Source: Thermodesulfovibrionales bacterium (GTDB lineage Bacteria; Nitrospirota; Thermodesulfovibrionia; Thermodesulfovibrionales; UBA9159). Taken from it: DNA of 64,000 bases. The stretch spans positions 2,645 through 66,644 of the forward strand of contig DASPUT010000077.1 in the NCBI GenBank assembly GCA_035622735.1, in the 5' to 3' direction. The position numbers and the translations under genes were made by a program. The notes beneath the pieces were generated by a model. The model was not told the DNA's origin and made no database searches. It was given only the letters and a program-made list of their open reading frames with translations. This document shows positions 52,551 through 61,941 of this stretch, piece after piece; position 1 is the stretch's first letter, and every line of letters starts with the position of its first letter.

Positions 52551-53792
52551 ATGAACGGGGGCAAAATAAAGAGTTTTCTGGCGACACTCCTGGCAGCTCT
52601 TTCTCTATCAATTGTTATAGGCACGGCGAGGGATTTGTCAGCGGCATATGTATTAACAGACCAGGAGCTTGATGACCTCCTCGCTCCTATCGCTCTCTAC
52701 CCGGACCCGTTGCTAGCCCAGATGTTGCCAGCCTCGACATACCCGTCGGACGTTGTTGATGCGGCAGGTTGGCTGAGAAGCGGTGGCGACCCATCATTTG
52801 TTGATGAGCAAAATTGGGATGAGAACGTCGGGGCCATTGCCCACTACCCACAGGTTCTCTATATGATGGCTGATAATATCGATTGGACTGCTAGCGTTGG
52901 TGATGCTTTTCTGAACCAGCCGGAAGATGTGACCAATTCGATTCAGCGTCTGAGGTGGCAAGCGCAGACCCTCGGGAATCTTGTGAGTAACGATCAACAG
53001 GCTGTTACTACGGAGGGAGGCGATATTCAGATCATTCCAGCCCAACCTCAATATATTTATGTGCCTCAGTATGATCCATCAATCGTGTACGTTCAAGCAC
53101 GGATCCCCGTCCTGCCTCCTTACGTTACATTTCCCCTGGTGTTTACGATCGGAAGCTGGCTGGACCTTGACTTTGACTGGGGTCACCACCACGTCTTCTA
53201 CCATGGGTGGAATCGCCCTGGGTGGGTCAATCATGCAAGGCCCTATGTGCACATAACGAATGTTTACGTTCAAAGGAGCAGACCTTACATCAATCAGACA
53301 TGGAGGCACAATCCATCGCACGGCGATCCAGACAGGTATTGGACGTCGAGACCGGGTGGAGCTCCAAGCGGCAGCTATCCGCACGGCTCTGAAGTCAGGG
53401 GAAGGAGTTCGACACCCACGGGACCTGCGGCTGGCCCGTTCGTCCCCAACGCCAATACCAGGCAATTTAGCGATAGGGGAAAAGAAAGCCTCGGCACTGC
53501 CGTTCCACGTCCGACACCTCAAGCTCCTGCTGCCGTTCCACGTCCAGCACCTCAAGCTCCTGCTGCCGTTCCACGTCCGGCGCCGCAAGCTCCCGCTGCC
53601 GTACCACATCCGGCGCCGCAAGCTCCTGCTGTCTTCGGAGGCTACAGGGGACTCAATGAAGTCAAAACGCAGAGTATGCGTGGCCAAGCGAGCCGCCAGA
53701 GCAATGTGGGAGGATCCACCGCGCCAGCTTCGGTGAACAAGGTCGGCGCTCCTTCGAGCCGCGGCGAACCCGGTAGCGGCGGACACCGGTAA
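52551..53792 (+). CDS. DUF3300 family secreted protein with proline-rich repeat tail
   Basis: GAAGGAG lies before the ATG, followed by a signal peptide. LTDQELDDLLAPIALYPDPLLAQMLPASTYPSDVVDAAGWL is the DUF3300 hallmark. Confidence 0.8.
   Translation: MNGGKIKSFLATLLAALSLSIVIGTARDLSAAYVLTDQELDDLLAPIALYPDPLLAQMLPASTYPSDVVDAAGWLRSGGDPSFVDEQNWDENVGAIAHYPQVLYMMADNIDWTASVGDAFLNQPEDVTNSIQRLRWQAQTLGNLVSNDQQAVTTEGGDIQIIPAQPQYIYVPQYDPSIVYVQARIPVLPPYVTFPLVFTIGSWLDLDFDWGHHHVFYHGWNRPGWVNHARPYVHITNVYVQRSRPYINQTWRHNPSHGDPDRYWTSRPGGAPSGSYPHGSEVRGRSSTPTGPAAGPFVPNANTRQFSDRGKESLGTAVPRPTPQAPAAVPRPAPQAPAAVPRPAPQAPAAVPHPAPQAPAVFGGYRGLNEVKTQSMRGQASRQSNVGGSTAPASVNKVGAPSSRGEPGSGGHR
53499..53630. repeat. four tandem 33-bp coding repeats (AVPRPAPQAPA units)
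   Basis: GCCGTTCCACGTCC(G/A)(A/G)C(A/G)CC(T/G)CAAGCTCC(T/C)GCT repeats head-to-tail at 53499, 53532, 53565 and 53598. Confidence 0.85.
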
Positions 53793-53862
53793 CAGGATCG
53801 GATTAGTTAAACAACTTCTGACTGCTAAGGGCACGATTGAGTACGAAGAAAGGAAGGACGTC

Positions 53863-54831
53863 ATGAAGACAGTTTCAGCAGACTCCACATCTCATTCATC
53901 GCAGAAGATTGCTTTAGTAACATCCATTTTGGCTTTAGCGATGGCGGTCTTATGGAATGTGACGGGGACCGGTGCAGCGTCCCAACGATATTTTGCCACA
54001 CCAGAAGACGCTGTCAAAGCACTCGCAGAGGCCGTGAAGTCAAACGACACGGCCGCGCTGGATCAGATTTTCGGGCCTGCCAGAAAAGAGGTTCTCTCTA
54101 ATGACGAGGTGCAGCACGCTGCTGCCCTTGAGGCATTTACGAAACACCTGCAAGAAAAAACTAATCTTGTGAAAGAGAATGATTCGACGGTGATGCTTCA
54201 CGTCGGTAATGAAGACTGGCCCTTTCCCATTCCGATTGTGAAAAGGGATAACCAGTGGTTCTTTGATACTGAGGCAGGCAAGGAAGAGATCCTAAACCGT
54301 CGTATCGGAGAAAACGAACTTACCGCCATGCTCGTTTGTCGCACGTACGTGAAGGCTCAGCGAGAGTATGCCCTGAAGGATTGGGAGGGCACCGGTGTAC
54401 TGGCATATGCACAGAAGCTGCGAAGTGACCCTGGTAGGAAGAACGGTCTTTTTTGGAGAACGAAGGAGGGAGAAGAGGTGAGTCCCTTCGGGGAACTCGT
54501 CGCTCAGGCGTGGAAGGAAGGATATAAGAAGAAAAAGGCCGCTTTCAGGGAAGAGGCAACACCATTTCACGGATATTATTTTAGAATCTTGACTGAACAA
54601 GGTAAAAATGCCCCGGGGGGAAAATACAATTACGTTATCAATGGCAACATGGTTGCAGGTTTTGCCCTGATCGCATTTCCCTCGGACTGGAAGAAATCGG
54701 GTGTTATGACATTCGTTGTCAATCAGCAAGGGAAAGTCTATCAGAAGAACCTTGGACCAGAGACCACCAAGATTGCTCAACAGATGAAATCATATAATCC
54801 TGATGGAAACTGGACCCTTGTTAAGGAATAA
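53863..54831 (+). CDS. DUF2950 family secreted protein
   Basis: GAAAGGAAGGA lies before the ATG. WPFPIPIVKRDNQWFFDTEAGKEEILNRRIGENEL...GYYFRILTEQGKNAPGG...GFALIAFPSDWKKSGVMTFVVNQQGKVYQKNLG matches the DUF2950 pattern. This family is the usual partner of DUF3300. Confidence 0.8.
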   Translation: MKTVSADSTSHSSQKIALVTSILALAMAVLWNVTGTGAASQRYFATPEDAVKALAEAVKSNDTAALDQIFGPARKEVLSNDEVQHAAALEAFTKHLQEKTNLVKENDSTVMLHVGNEDWPFPIPIVKRDNQWFFDTEAGKEEILNRRIGENELTAMLVCRTYVKAQREYALKDWEGTGVLAYAQKLRSDPGRKNGLFWRTKEGEEVSPFGELVAQAWKEGYKKKKAAFREEATPFHGYYFRILTEQGKNAPGGKYNYVINGNMVAGFALIAFPSDWKKSGVMTFVVNQQGKVYQKNLGPETTKIAQQMKSYNPDGNWTLVKE

Positions 54832-55234
54832 TAGCCTTGTACTAACGGTATTCTTCATCGCCGTTCATTTGACACATGAAAAAAGTTACTTCCGAATAAT
54901 CACACATTTGTTTCTACGGCTTGGTGTCTGATAGGATGGGCAGTCAGCAGTTATAACGAGTTGCAACGCGCGTTGCTTACAGGAAGAAGGTCCGGTAGTA
55001 CATCTGCTGCCCTCAACAGAAAATATAATTATGAGGTCCTGCCATAATTGAAAGTTGACGTTGACACGCCCCTCAGGGCTATCAATAATACGAATCAATT
55101 AACTGTAAAGCTTGAATGTCGGAGAAAAAGCGGGAAGAGGCCGGAATGTTTGCTTTGAGAAAGAAGCCTTATACCACGAGACAAGGTGCTTAACGCACCC
55201 TGTCCTATCTCGGAACTCAGAGGGAGGTGCCCTG

Positions 55235-55544
55235 ATGGAAAGAAAATCGAAACTGAATTGTTGGGAATTCAAAAAGGTGCGGGAGACAATTAGGAGGGCT
55301 CCATATACAGGATCTGGGCAGATGTCCCGCGACTTTGGAAGAGAGACTGGATGGAGTGCACGATGGTGTAGATGCCGGCAGGGCATGCTGGGTCGTGGCT
55401 GGAACCTTATGCAGGGATGAGGTGCAGGGCACATTTGCCCAGAAATTTTCTAACTGTAAGACATGCGACTTCTATGAGAAAGTGCGCGAAGAAGAATACC
55501 CGAATTTTGAACTTTCTGCAATGCTCCTCATGAGACTGAAATAA
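55235..55544 (+). pseudogene. two-CW-domain small protein gene interrupted by a 1-nt frame shift (or assembly error)
   Basis: AGGGAGG at 55221-55227 lies before ATG 55235, giving MERKSKLNCWEFKK. After the A5GG run (55271-55277) the family-like sequence continues in the next frame: CGRQLGG...CPATLEERLDGVHDGVDAGRACWVVAGTLCRDEVQGTFAQKFSNCKTCDFYEKV, with the stop at 55542-55544. The span of 310 nt is 103 codons plus 1 nt. Confidence 0.55.
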
Positions 55545-55575
55545 TGCGAGGGCAAAACTATGACCGGGGTCGGCC

Positions 55576-56529
55576 ATGAGTAAGGTGGCTCTGGTTCTGA
55601 GCGGCGGGGGTGCGAAAGGAGCCTTCCAATTCGGCGCCATAAAATACATCGAAGAGGAAATAAAGAAGAGGTATCCTGACTTCCGGTATAAGATCATCGC
55701 CGGCGTATCCGTGGGCGCTCTCAATGCCGTCATGCTGGCGATGGATAAATTCGCCGACCTCGAGGAGCTTTGGAACACGGTCAGCGCAGATCAAGTTTAT
55801 GAGGGCAGCCTCAACTGGACAGCGGCGATAAAAATCGTCTTCGGGGCCAAATCTATCATGAGCAATAAACCCCTGTCGGACAGACTGAGCAAGATAATCA
55901 GCCTGAAGGACATGAAGACTGATAAATATGATTTACGAATAGGCGCGGTGTCTCTCGTGAGCGGCGAGTATAGGGCTTTCCGCCCTTCTGACTTCGACGA
56001 TGACGAGGATTTTCGAAGCGCGATACTCGCCACAACAGCGATACCCGTGATATGGGAGCCGATAGAGAAGATCCGGTTGAGAAATGCCCTCTACTTTGAG
56101 GAGGCCGTCGACGGAGGCATCCGGAATGTGAGTCCTCTCGGAGACGTATTGGATGAAGATCCTACCGATGTCATCATGATTAATTGTAATCCTGAAAAAT
56201 TGTCGTCTGATGCTGACTCGGCGAAAGATATCCTATCTATCGCAAAGAGGTCACTGACGGACATTACGATTAATGAAATATTCAGATCGGATGTGAGGTT
56301 CTTTCTCACGATAAATAATCTTGTCGAACAAGCCCGAAAGCACGGCATCGACCTTTATAAGGACGAAGGCCAAACCGATGTCTACAAGGCCTTCAAGTCG
56401 GTATTGATCGAACCGCCCGATGATTTGGGCGACACTCTCGATTTCTCCCAAGACGTTCTTAGGGAGAGGATGCGCGTGGGATATGAAACAGCAGGAGAAG
56501 CCTTCAAGGATTACCAGTTCACAAGCTGA
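55576..56529 (+). CDS. patatin-like phospholipase
   Basis: Oxyanion loop LSGGGAKGAFQFG, nucleophile elbow AGVSVGA (GxSxG) and catalytic Asp motif VDGGIRNVSP. Confidence 0.88.
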   Translation: MSKVALVLSGGGAKGAFQFGAIKYIEEEIKKRYPDFRYKIIAGVSVGALNAVMLAMDKFADLEELWNTVSADQVYEGSLNWTAAIKIVFGAKSIMSNKPLSDRLSKIISLKDMKTDKYDLRIGAVSLVSGEYRAFRPSDFDDDEDFRSAILATTAIPVIWEPIEKIRLRNALYFEEAVDGGIRNVSPLGDVLDEDPTDVIMINCNPEKLSSDADSAKDILSIAKRSLTDITINEIFRSDVRFFLTINNLVEQARKHGIDLYKDEGQTDVYKAFKSVLIEPPDDLGDTLDFSQDVLRERMRVGYETAGEAFKDYQFTS

Positions 56530-56577
56530 CCCGATCGCCTTTACGTCTCTTTCCCTTCCAACCAGCTTCCCCGTACA

Positions 56578-57576
56578 TTACGCTTTATGTTTTATCCTTT
56601 TATGTTCGTGCATCATCTCATCCGCGTGCGAAATCAATTCGTCAACGGAACACGGCTTTTCCGGGTTGTAAAGAGATACGCCGAGACTCAATGACAGGTT
56701 GTAGTTCTTATTTCTCGAAGCATTCTGATTTTTCATGTTCTTCTCCAGGCGGGCGATAATCTTCTCTATGTTATCTCCGGTAATTCCTACCGGAATTACG
56801 ACAAACTCATCACCACCTATCCGGGCAACGATGTCTGACTCCCGATAGGTTGTTTTGAGGACCTTAGCGGTCTCGACTAGTGCCTCATCGCCCTCGTGAT
56901 GGCCTGACCTATCATTAATCGATTTCAGATGATCCAAATCGGCATAGAGCATGTATATCCCTTTCTTTTGCCGTTTGGCGAGCTTGAGAAACTCCTCGGC
57001 GAGCGTGAAGAACCCCCGCCGGTTGTACAGGCCGGTGAGTTCATCAGTGATTGTCAGGAGACGGAGTCTCTCTTGTAATTTGACGTGGTTCACCCTATGC
57101 AGTATTTCCTTCATGGTAAAGGGCTTCTTTATGAAGTCCGATGCCCCGGCATCTATGGCTCTGTCGTACGAGAAATCGTCAATGAAACCTGTCATGATAA
57201 TGGTCGCCATGTCGGGTCTGAACTTTCTCGCTTTTTCCGTGAGTTCAAAACCATTCATGCCGGGCATTGCGACGTCTGCCAGCATAATGTGGAAATGGCC
57301 TTTCGTTAAACATTCAATGGCGGCCTCGGAACTCGTGCACGTTTCGCATCGGTAACCATGAGATTCGAACATCTCTCGGAGTATCGGCAACATTGCTTCA
57401 TCGTTATCAACAATGATTATTGCGGTTCTCTCGTCCAACTTACCCTCCGTCTTCGGGTTCATCATCCGGGTCCGGGAGGCATGCGCCAAAGCTGCTTTTC
57501 GCGACAATGCATCCGCAAATAGGATAATACTACTCTCGATTAAAATCAAGAACGAAATTGGGTTCGAACATTTCAA
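56578..57576 (-). CDS. response regulator-diguanylate cyclase (REC-GGDEF)
   Basis: REC domain: IIIVDNDEAMLPILREMF...MLADVAMPGMNGFEL. GGDEF domain: DELTGLYNRRGF...RIGGDEFVVI, with an RESD I-site five residues upstream. The true start may be the internal MMNPK (about 57465). Confidence 0.88.
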   Translation of the reverse strand: MKCSNPISFLILIESSIILFADALSRKAALAHASRTRMMNPKTEGKLDERTAIIIVDNDEAMLPILREMFESHGYRCETCTSSEAAIECLTKGHFHIMLADVAMPGMNGFELTEKARKFRPDMATIIMTGFIDDFSYDRAIDAGASDFIKKPFTMKEILHRVNHVKLQERLRLLTITDELTGLYNRRGFFTLAEEFLKLAKRQKKGIYMLYADLDHLKSINDRSGHHEGDEALVETAKVLKTTYRESDIVARIGGDEFVVIPVGITGDNIEKIIARLEKNMKNQNASRNKNYNLSLSLGVSLYNPEKPCSVDELISHADEMMHEHKRIKHKA

Positions 57577-58028
57577 TGGATCGCAGCCGGGAAACTGCCT
57601 GGAGAGAGCGTTTCAGTCACCGCGGGTATGGTTTCTCATTTACTCCCAGTAAAGGAAGAGGCGGCAAAGATGTTCTCCGTGAATGTCGGTAAATTCGAGC
57701 GATCAAGCGATGTCGGCGCTAAGATGCCCATGGCACTTCAAGGGGCGGGAAGAACTTGACAACCTCATCAAATACTGATACGGTTGAATCAGAAGAAGGC
57801 AATGCCTTGGAACGGGTTAAGGCTTAGAACCAAGTCATTGGGTAAGGGAGCAGGAGTCAGACGCGGTGAGCAAGCCTCCAGCAGCGAGGGGGAAGCCTGA
57901 AACGTCTGCCGAAGCTCCAAAGAAGAACAATCTAATGCATACCCGGAATCCAAGGTATTGCACTTCTTGTAAGCCTCCCGACAAGTCGTCCATTATCATG
58001 CTGCTTCAACCGTCGACGGGGAAGCGAT

Positions 58029-58571
58029 TCAGTCGAGAAACCTACCCATACAGACCTCATCGATATAATCATGCCCGATCCGGAATTTCTTCAGTTTCTT
58101 GCACTCCTGTTCAAAACCGGCCTTGTTGAAGACATGGAGCGACCGCTTGTTCGTCGTAAAGATACTCGCCTCGAGCTTCTTAAACCCGTGCTCCGCCGCC
58201 CATTCGACGGTATACCGGAGCATCTGCGAACCGATGCCCAACCCCCTAAGGGATTCGACGATATGGAGTCCGATAAAAAGGACATGTGCGGTCTCCGGCC
58301 TCTGCCCGCCGTTTGCCTGGAAGGCGGCAAGAGTCCCGACGACCTTACCCCGCACCGTCGCAACGATGAGCAGGTTGTTCTTACGGTCTATGCCTCTGAT
58401 ATACTCCCTCTCAGATTCAATGTCCTTGCCATATTGTTCCATCAAGACATAACTTCTCTCGAGAGAGGTGGATCTCAGCGTCACGATAATCTCACCGGCG
58501 TCCTCAGGCGTTGCCAGCCTGAGTATCACCTCGTCGCCGTTCGTCACCGAGAATTTCTTCACTTCCTGCAT
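58029..58571 (-). CDS. GNAT family N-acetyltransferase
   Basis: AAGGAAGG lies before the ATG. The acetyl-CoA motif A is VESLRGLGIGSQMLRYTVEWAAEHGFKKLEASIFTTNKRSLHVFNKAGF. Confidence 0.8.
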   Translation of the reverse strand: MQEVKKFSVTNGDEVILRLATPEDAGEIIVTLRSTSLERSYVLMEQYGKDIESEREYIRGIDRKNNLLIVATVRGKVVGTLAAFQANGGQRPETAHVLFIGLHIVESLRGLGIGSQMLRYTVEWAAEHGFKKLEASIFTTNKRSLHVFNKAGFEQECKKLKKFRIGHDYIDEVCMGRFLD

Positions 58572-58702
58572 GCCCTCGACCTTCCTTAGCCCAAGGTTTT
58601 TCTTTCATTATACATACAAATAACGCTGCTCACAAGAAATTCCTGCGGACCGCGGGCAAGAGAGGAACGCCCCCGCAGGACCCTTTCTGAATGAGGAGGG
58701 GC

Positions 58703-58728
58703 GGGGCCTCCAGGGGGGTGGAGGCCCC
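58703..58728 (-). terminator. GC-rich hairpin downstream of ftsZ (possible terminator, no U-tract)
   Basis: Perfect 10-bp inverted repeat GGGGCCTCCA (58703-58712) / TGGAGGCCCC (58719-58728) with a G6 loop, 24 nt after the ftsZ stop. No T/A run follows on either strand. Confidence 0.35.
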
Positions 58729-58751
58729 TTGGGGGAGGGAAAGAAAGAAGC

Positions 58752-59909
58752 CTACATCGTCCTCTGCGGAGCATTCCGCAAGAACGTCGGGACATCAAGG
58801 GGGTCTTCGTAAGGCATCAGGTCAGACGCTATGCCGTTCATGCTGACCGCGGGGACTATGTTTTTTGCGAGAACCCGCTCAGAGCCGCGGTAGGTGAGCG
58901 GCTCCCTGACAGGCGCCCACTTCCTTACCTGCTGCAGTTCGACCTTCTCCTTCTTTTCGTCAAAACCCGTTGCTATGACGGTAATCTTCACTTCATCTTC
59001 GACATCCGGATTAATGACCGCTCCGAATATGATATTTGCGCCCTCGTGGGCGGAGTCATAAATAATCGAGGCGGCGTCCTGCACGTCCCCGAGAGAGAGC
59101 TGCGTGCCGCCGGTGATGTTGATGAGGATTCCCCTGGCACCTTCGATGGACGAGTCTTCGAGGAGGGGATTCGTTATCGCTTTCTTCGCCGCCTCAATAG
59201 CGCCGCCTTCTCCCTTTCCGGCCCCGACGCCCATGACAGCCCTTCCGGTGTTCTCCATCGTCGTCTTCACATCGGCAAAATCGACGTTAATGAGACCGGG
59301 GGTCAGGATGATATCGGAGATCCCCTGTATCGCCTGTCTGAGGACTTCATCGGTAACGGAAAAGCCCTTGTGGAATGCCACCTTCTTTTCGACGACAAGA
59401 GATATACGGTCATTGGGGATCACGATGAGGGTATCCACGTTAACCTTGAGATCCCGCACCCCTTCCTCAGCCTTCAGCGCCCTCGTCTTTCCTTCGTAGA
59501 AGAACGGTTTTGTGACGATCGCCACGGTCAATATCCCCATCTCCTTCGCGAGGCTTGTGATAACGGGAGAGGCGCCGGTGCCGGTACCTCCTCCCATGCC
59601 CGCTGTAAGAAAGATCATATCGGCGCCGCGAAGGGAGTCGGCCAAGACTTCCCGGTCTTCCAGGGCGGACTGTTTTCCTATCTGCGGGTCGGCGCCGGCT
59701 CCGAGCCCCCGCGTAATCGAAGCACCGATCTGAACCCTTGTCGCGGCGAGCGATGTCTCGAGTGCCTGCATGTCAGTGTTCACGGCGACAAAATCGACTC
59801 CCTGGAGACCGGAGGCTATCATGTTATTTACGGCATTGCCCCCCGCTCCTCCCACACCCACTACCTTAATCTTCGCTGCCTGTCCTTTTACGTCGTCGAT
59901 CTCAAACAT
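58752..59909 (-). CDS. ftsZ: cell division protein FtsZ
   Basis: KIKVVGVGGAGGNAVNNM, the tubulin signature GGGTGTGASPV, NTDMQAL and the C-terminal DVPTFLR peptide. Confidence 0.97.
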   Translation of the reverse strand: MFEIDDVKGQAAKIKVVGVGGAGGNAVNNMIASGLQGVDFVAVNTDMQALETSLAATRVQIGASITRGLGAGADPQIGKQSALEDREVLADSLRGADMIFLTAGMGGGTGTGASPVITSLAKEMGILTVAIVTKPFFYEGKTRALKAEEGVRDLKVNVDTLIVIPNDRISLVVEKKVAFHKGFSVTDEVLRQAIQGISDIILTPGLINVDFADVKTTMENTGRAVMGVGAGKGEGGAIEAAKKAITNPLLEDSSIEGARGILINITGGTQLSLGDVQDAASIIYDSAHEGANIIFGAVINPDVEDEVKITVIATGFDEKKEKVELQQVRKWAPVREPLTYRGSERVLAKNIVPAVSMNGIASDLMPYEDPLDVPTFLRNAPQRTM

Positions 59910-59935
59910 ACATCCCCTCCTGTCCTCTGATTTAT

Positions 59936-61168
59936 TTATCTAAAAAAACCGTTAACCCATTTTCTCATGCGTTCAAAAACCCCGGCAGCTTCAAAATCGG
60001 CATGATCATGATAATACCGGCTGAGACCGTACCGGACTAACCCCACACCCGTTGCGTATATGGGACTGCGCACCAGGCCCCCGTCCGTCACTCCCTCGGG
60101 TATGCCGATCTTCACGGGGGTACCGAAGATCTCACCGGCAAGCTCCCCGATTCCCCTCAAGAGCGATGTGCCTCCCGTCAGCACGACTGCCGCCTTCGAA
60201 AGGGCAAAGGGGACACCTACCACCTCTTTTCTGACCAGTCCGAGGAATTCTTCGCACCGTGCCCGGATTATTTCCGAAAGGTGCCGCAGCGGTATCTTCA
60301 GGGTCTTTGCTTCGCCGCCTCCAAGATCGATGACGGCAGACAGGCTTTCATGACTATCGACCATTCCCGGTGACGCGCAACCGTATGCCTTCTTTATCTT
60401 TTCAGCCTCTCCCGCGGTCACTCCGAGACCTACGGCGATATCATTGGTAAGGTGGTCCCCGCCGATCGCGAGCACCGCCGTGTGACGCAAGACGCCATCC
60501 CTGTAAAGGGCCATGTCCGTTGTGCCGCCGCCGATATCTACGAGAACCGTCCCTTTATTCCTCTCGGTCTCCCCCAATACGGCTTCAGCAGAGGCGAGGG
60601 GTTCGAGGAGGATGTCGAGCACATCGACCCCCGCCCTCGTGCAGCACGCGATGAGATTCCTGACCGATGCGACAGAACCGGTGACGATATGGACATTAGC
60701 CTCAAGGAGTTCCCCCTGCATTCCTATCGGATCCGTAATGCCGTTCAGTCCGTCAAGCCTGAAACCTGCGGGTATTACATGGAGGATGTCCCTCTCCACA
60801 GGCACGTACACTGCACCGGCAGCGTCCATCAGCCTCTCGACGTCATCCAGCCTCACCTCTCTGTTCTTAATAGCTATGGCGCCGCTCCCGCTGAAGCCCT
60901 TGATGTGTCCTCCGGCGATTCCGACGTAGGCAGACCGTATCGGCCGGCCGGCCTTCTCCGAGGCATCCCGTATCGCCCGCTGTATCGAACTCACGGCCAG
61001 ATCCGCATCGACCACGACACCCTTTCTCAGCCCCGCTGATGGGGAAACGCCTACCGCCAGGATCGTGATCTTCCCCCGCTCCTCTTTCCCGACTATGGCA
61101 CATATCTTCGTCGTGCCGACATCGAGACCGACGGCGAGTTTGCTCCCCGATTTCTGCGAAGCGGTCAT
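59936..61168 (-). CDS. ftsA: cell division protein FtsA
   Basis: Actin-like ATPase blocks VGLDVGTTKICAIVG, VLVDIGGGTTDMALY and VVLTGGTSLLRGI. Positioned between ftsQ and ftsZ. Confidence 0.95.
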   Translation of the reverse strand: MTASQKSGSKLAVGLDVGTTKICAIVGKEERGKITILAVGVSPSAGLRKGVVVDADLAVSSIQRAIRDASEKAGRPIRSAYVGIAGGHIKGFSGSGAIAIKNREVRLDDVERLMDAAGAVYVPVERDILHVIPAGFRLDGLNGITDPIGMQGELLEANVHIVTGSVASVRNLIACCTRAGVDVLDILLEPLASAEAVLGETERNKGTVLVDIGGGTTDMALYRDGVLRHTAVLAIGGDHLTNDIAVGLGVTAGEAEKIKKAYGCASPGMVDSHESLSAVIDLGGGEAKTLKIPLRHLSEIIRARCEEFLGLVRKEVVGVPFALSKAAVVLTGGTSLLRGIGELAGEIFGTPVKIGIPEGVTDGGLVRSPIYATGVGLVRYGLSRYYHDHADFEAAGVFERMRKWVNGFFR

Positions 61169-61941
61169 CTGACCACCTCGTTCACCGGCTTGACGACAAC
61201 TCTGCTGGCGAATCTAAGGTCAACGTAATCAACGGTGATCGCCCGCTTCTTTATCTCATCTTCAAGGGAAAAAAACCTCTCGATCTTCTGTTCATAGTCC
61301 CCGGATCCGACCTTAATGATCACGCTGTCAATCACGACGGCCAGCTCCTCTGGCCCCTTCCCGTTTGCGAGGATCTCAACGCGGTTGCGTTCCGTGGCGA
61401 TCTTCTTCTCTTTGAGAACGCCCGCGAGCCTAAGCGCCTCGACAAAGGTTTCACGCATCTTGGCAGGATCGCCGTTTATTATCGGCAGAAACGGAACACC
61501 GTCGCCCTGTATCTTCTCGAGCATCCTGCCCTTTTCGTCGATGAGAAAAGAATGACCCTTTCTATCCAGGATGGCGAAGGGCGTCGCCTCCGAAACCCTT
61601 ATCAAGAGGCGTTCCGGAAGTTCCTTTCTGATACTCACGGTCCGGATCCAGGGAGACTCCAACAGCCTCTCGGAAACGCGCCGGGGAGATACCATGAGAA
61701 GATTGTCCCCTTTCTTGACCCCTGCAGCTGCTCTCAACTCCGCATCCGACATATGCCTGTTCCCTGAAAAGACTACCTCCTTCACGGCGAATATCCCCGA
61801 ACTGACCCGATAGAGACCGACACCGAGCACGACGCCCGCAGAGCCGAGGAGGAAGAGAACGAGAAGCGCACGGTAATGTCTCCTGACCCAGGACCTCCGG
61901 GTTGGTGCGGTACGGCCGTTCTTCCTGTGGATGGCCTTCAC
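61165..61941 (-). CDS. ftsQ: cell division protein FtsQ (POTRA domain)
   Basis: Single transmembrane helix [19 protein letters not shown] followed by POTRA-like [30 protein letters not shown]. It has 4-nt overlaps with ddl and ftsA. Confidence 0.85.
   Translation of the reverse strand: MKAIHRKNGRTAPTRRSWVRRHYRALLVLFLLGSAGVVLGVGLYRVSSGIFAVKEVVFSGNRHMSDAELRAAAGVKKGDNLLMVSPRRVSERLLESPWIRTVSIRKELPERLLIRVSEATPFAILDRKGHSFLIDEKGRMLEKIQGDGVPFLPIINGDPAKMRETFVEALRLAGVLKEKKIATERNRVEILANGKGPEELAVVIDSVIIKVGSGDYEQKIERFFSLEDEIKKRAITVDYVDLRFASRVVVKPVNEVVR

Noticed and set aside
53499-53630. The 33-bp tandem repeats considered as a possible CRISPR-like array.
   Set aside because: The repeats are contiguous with no spacers. 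They are in frame inside the DUF3300 ORF, encode a Pro/Ala-rich peptide repeat, and have no cas genes nearby.
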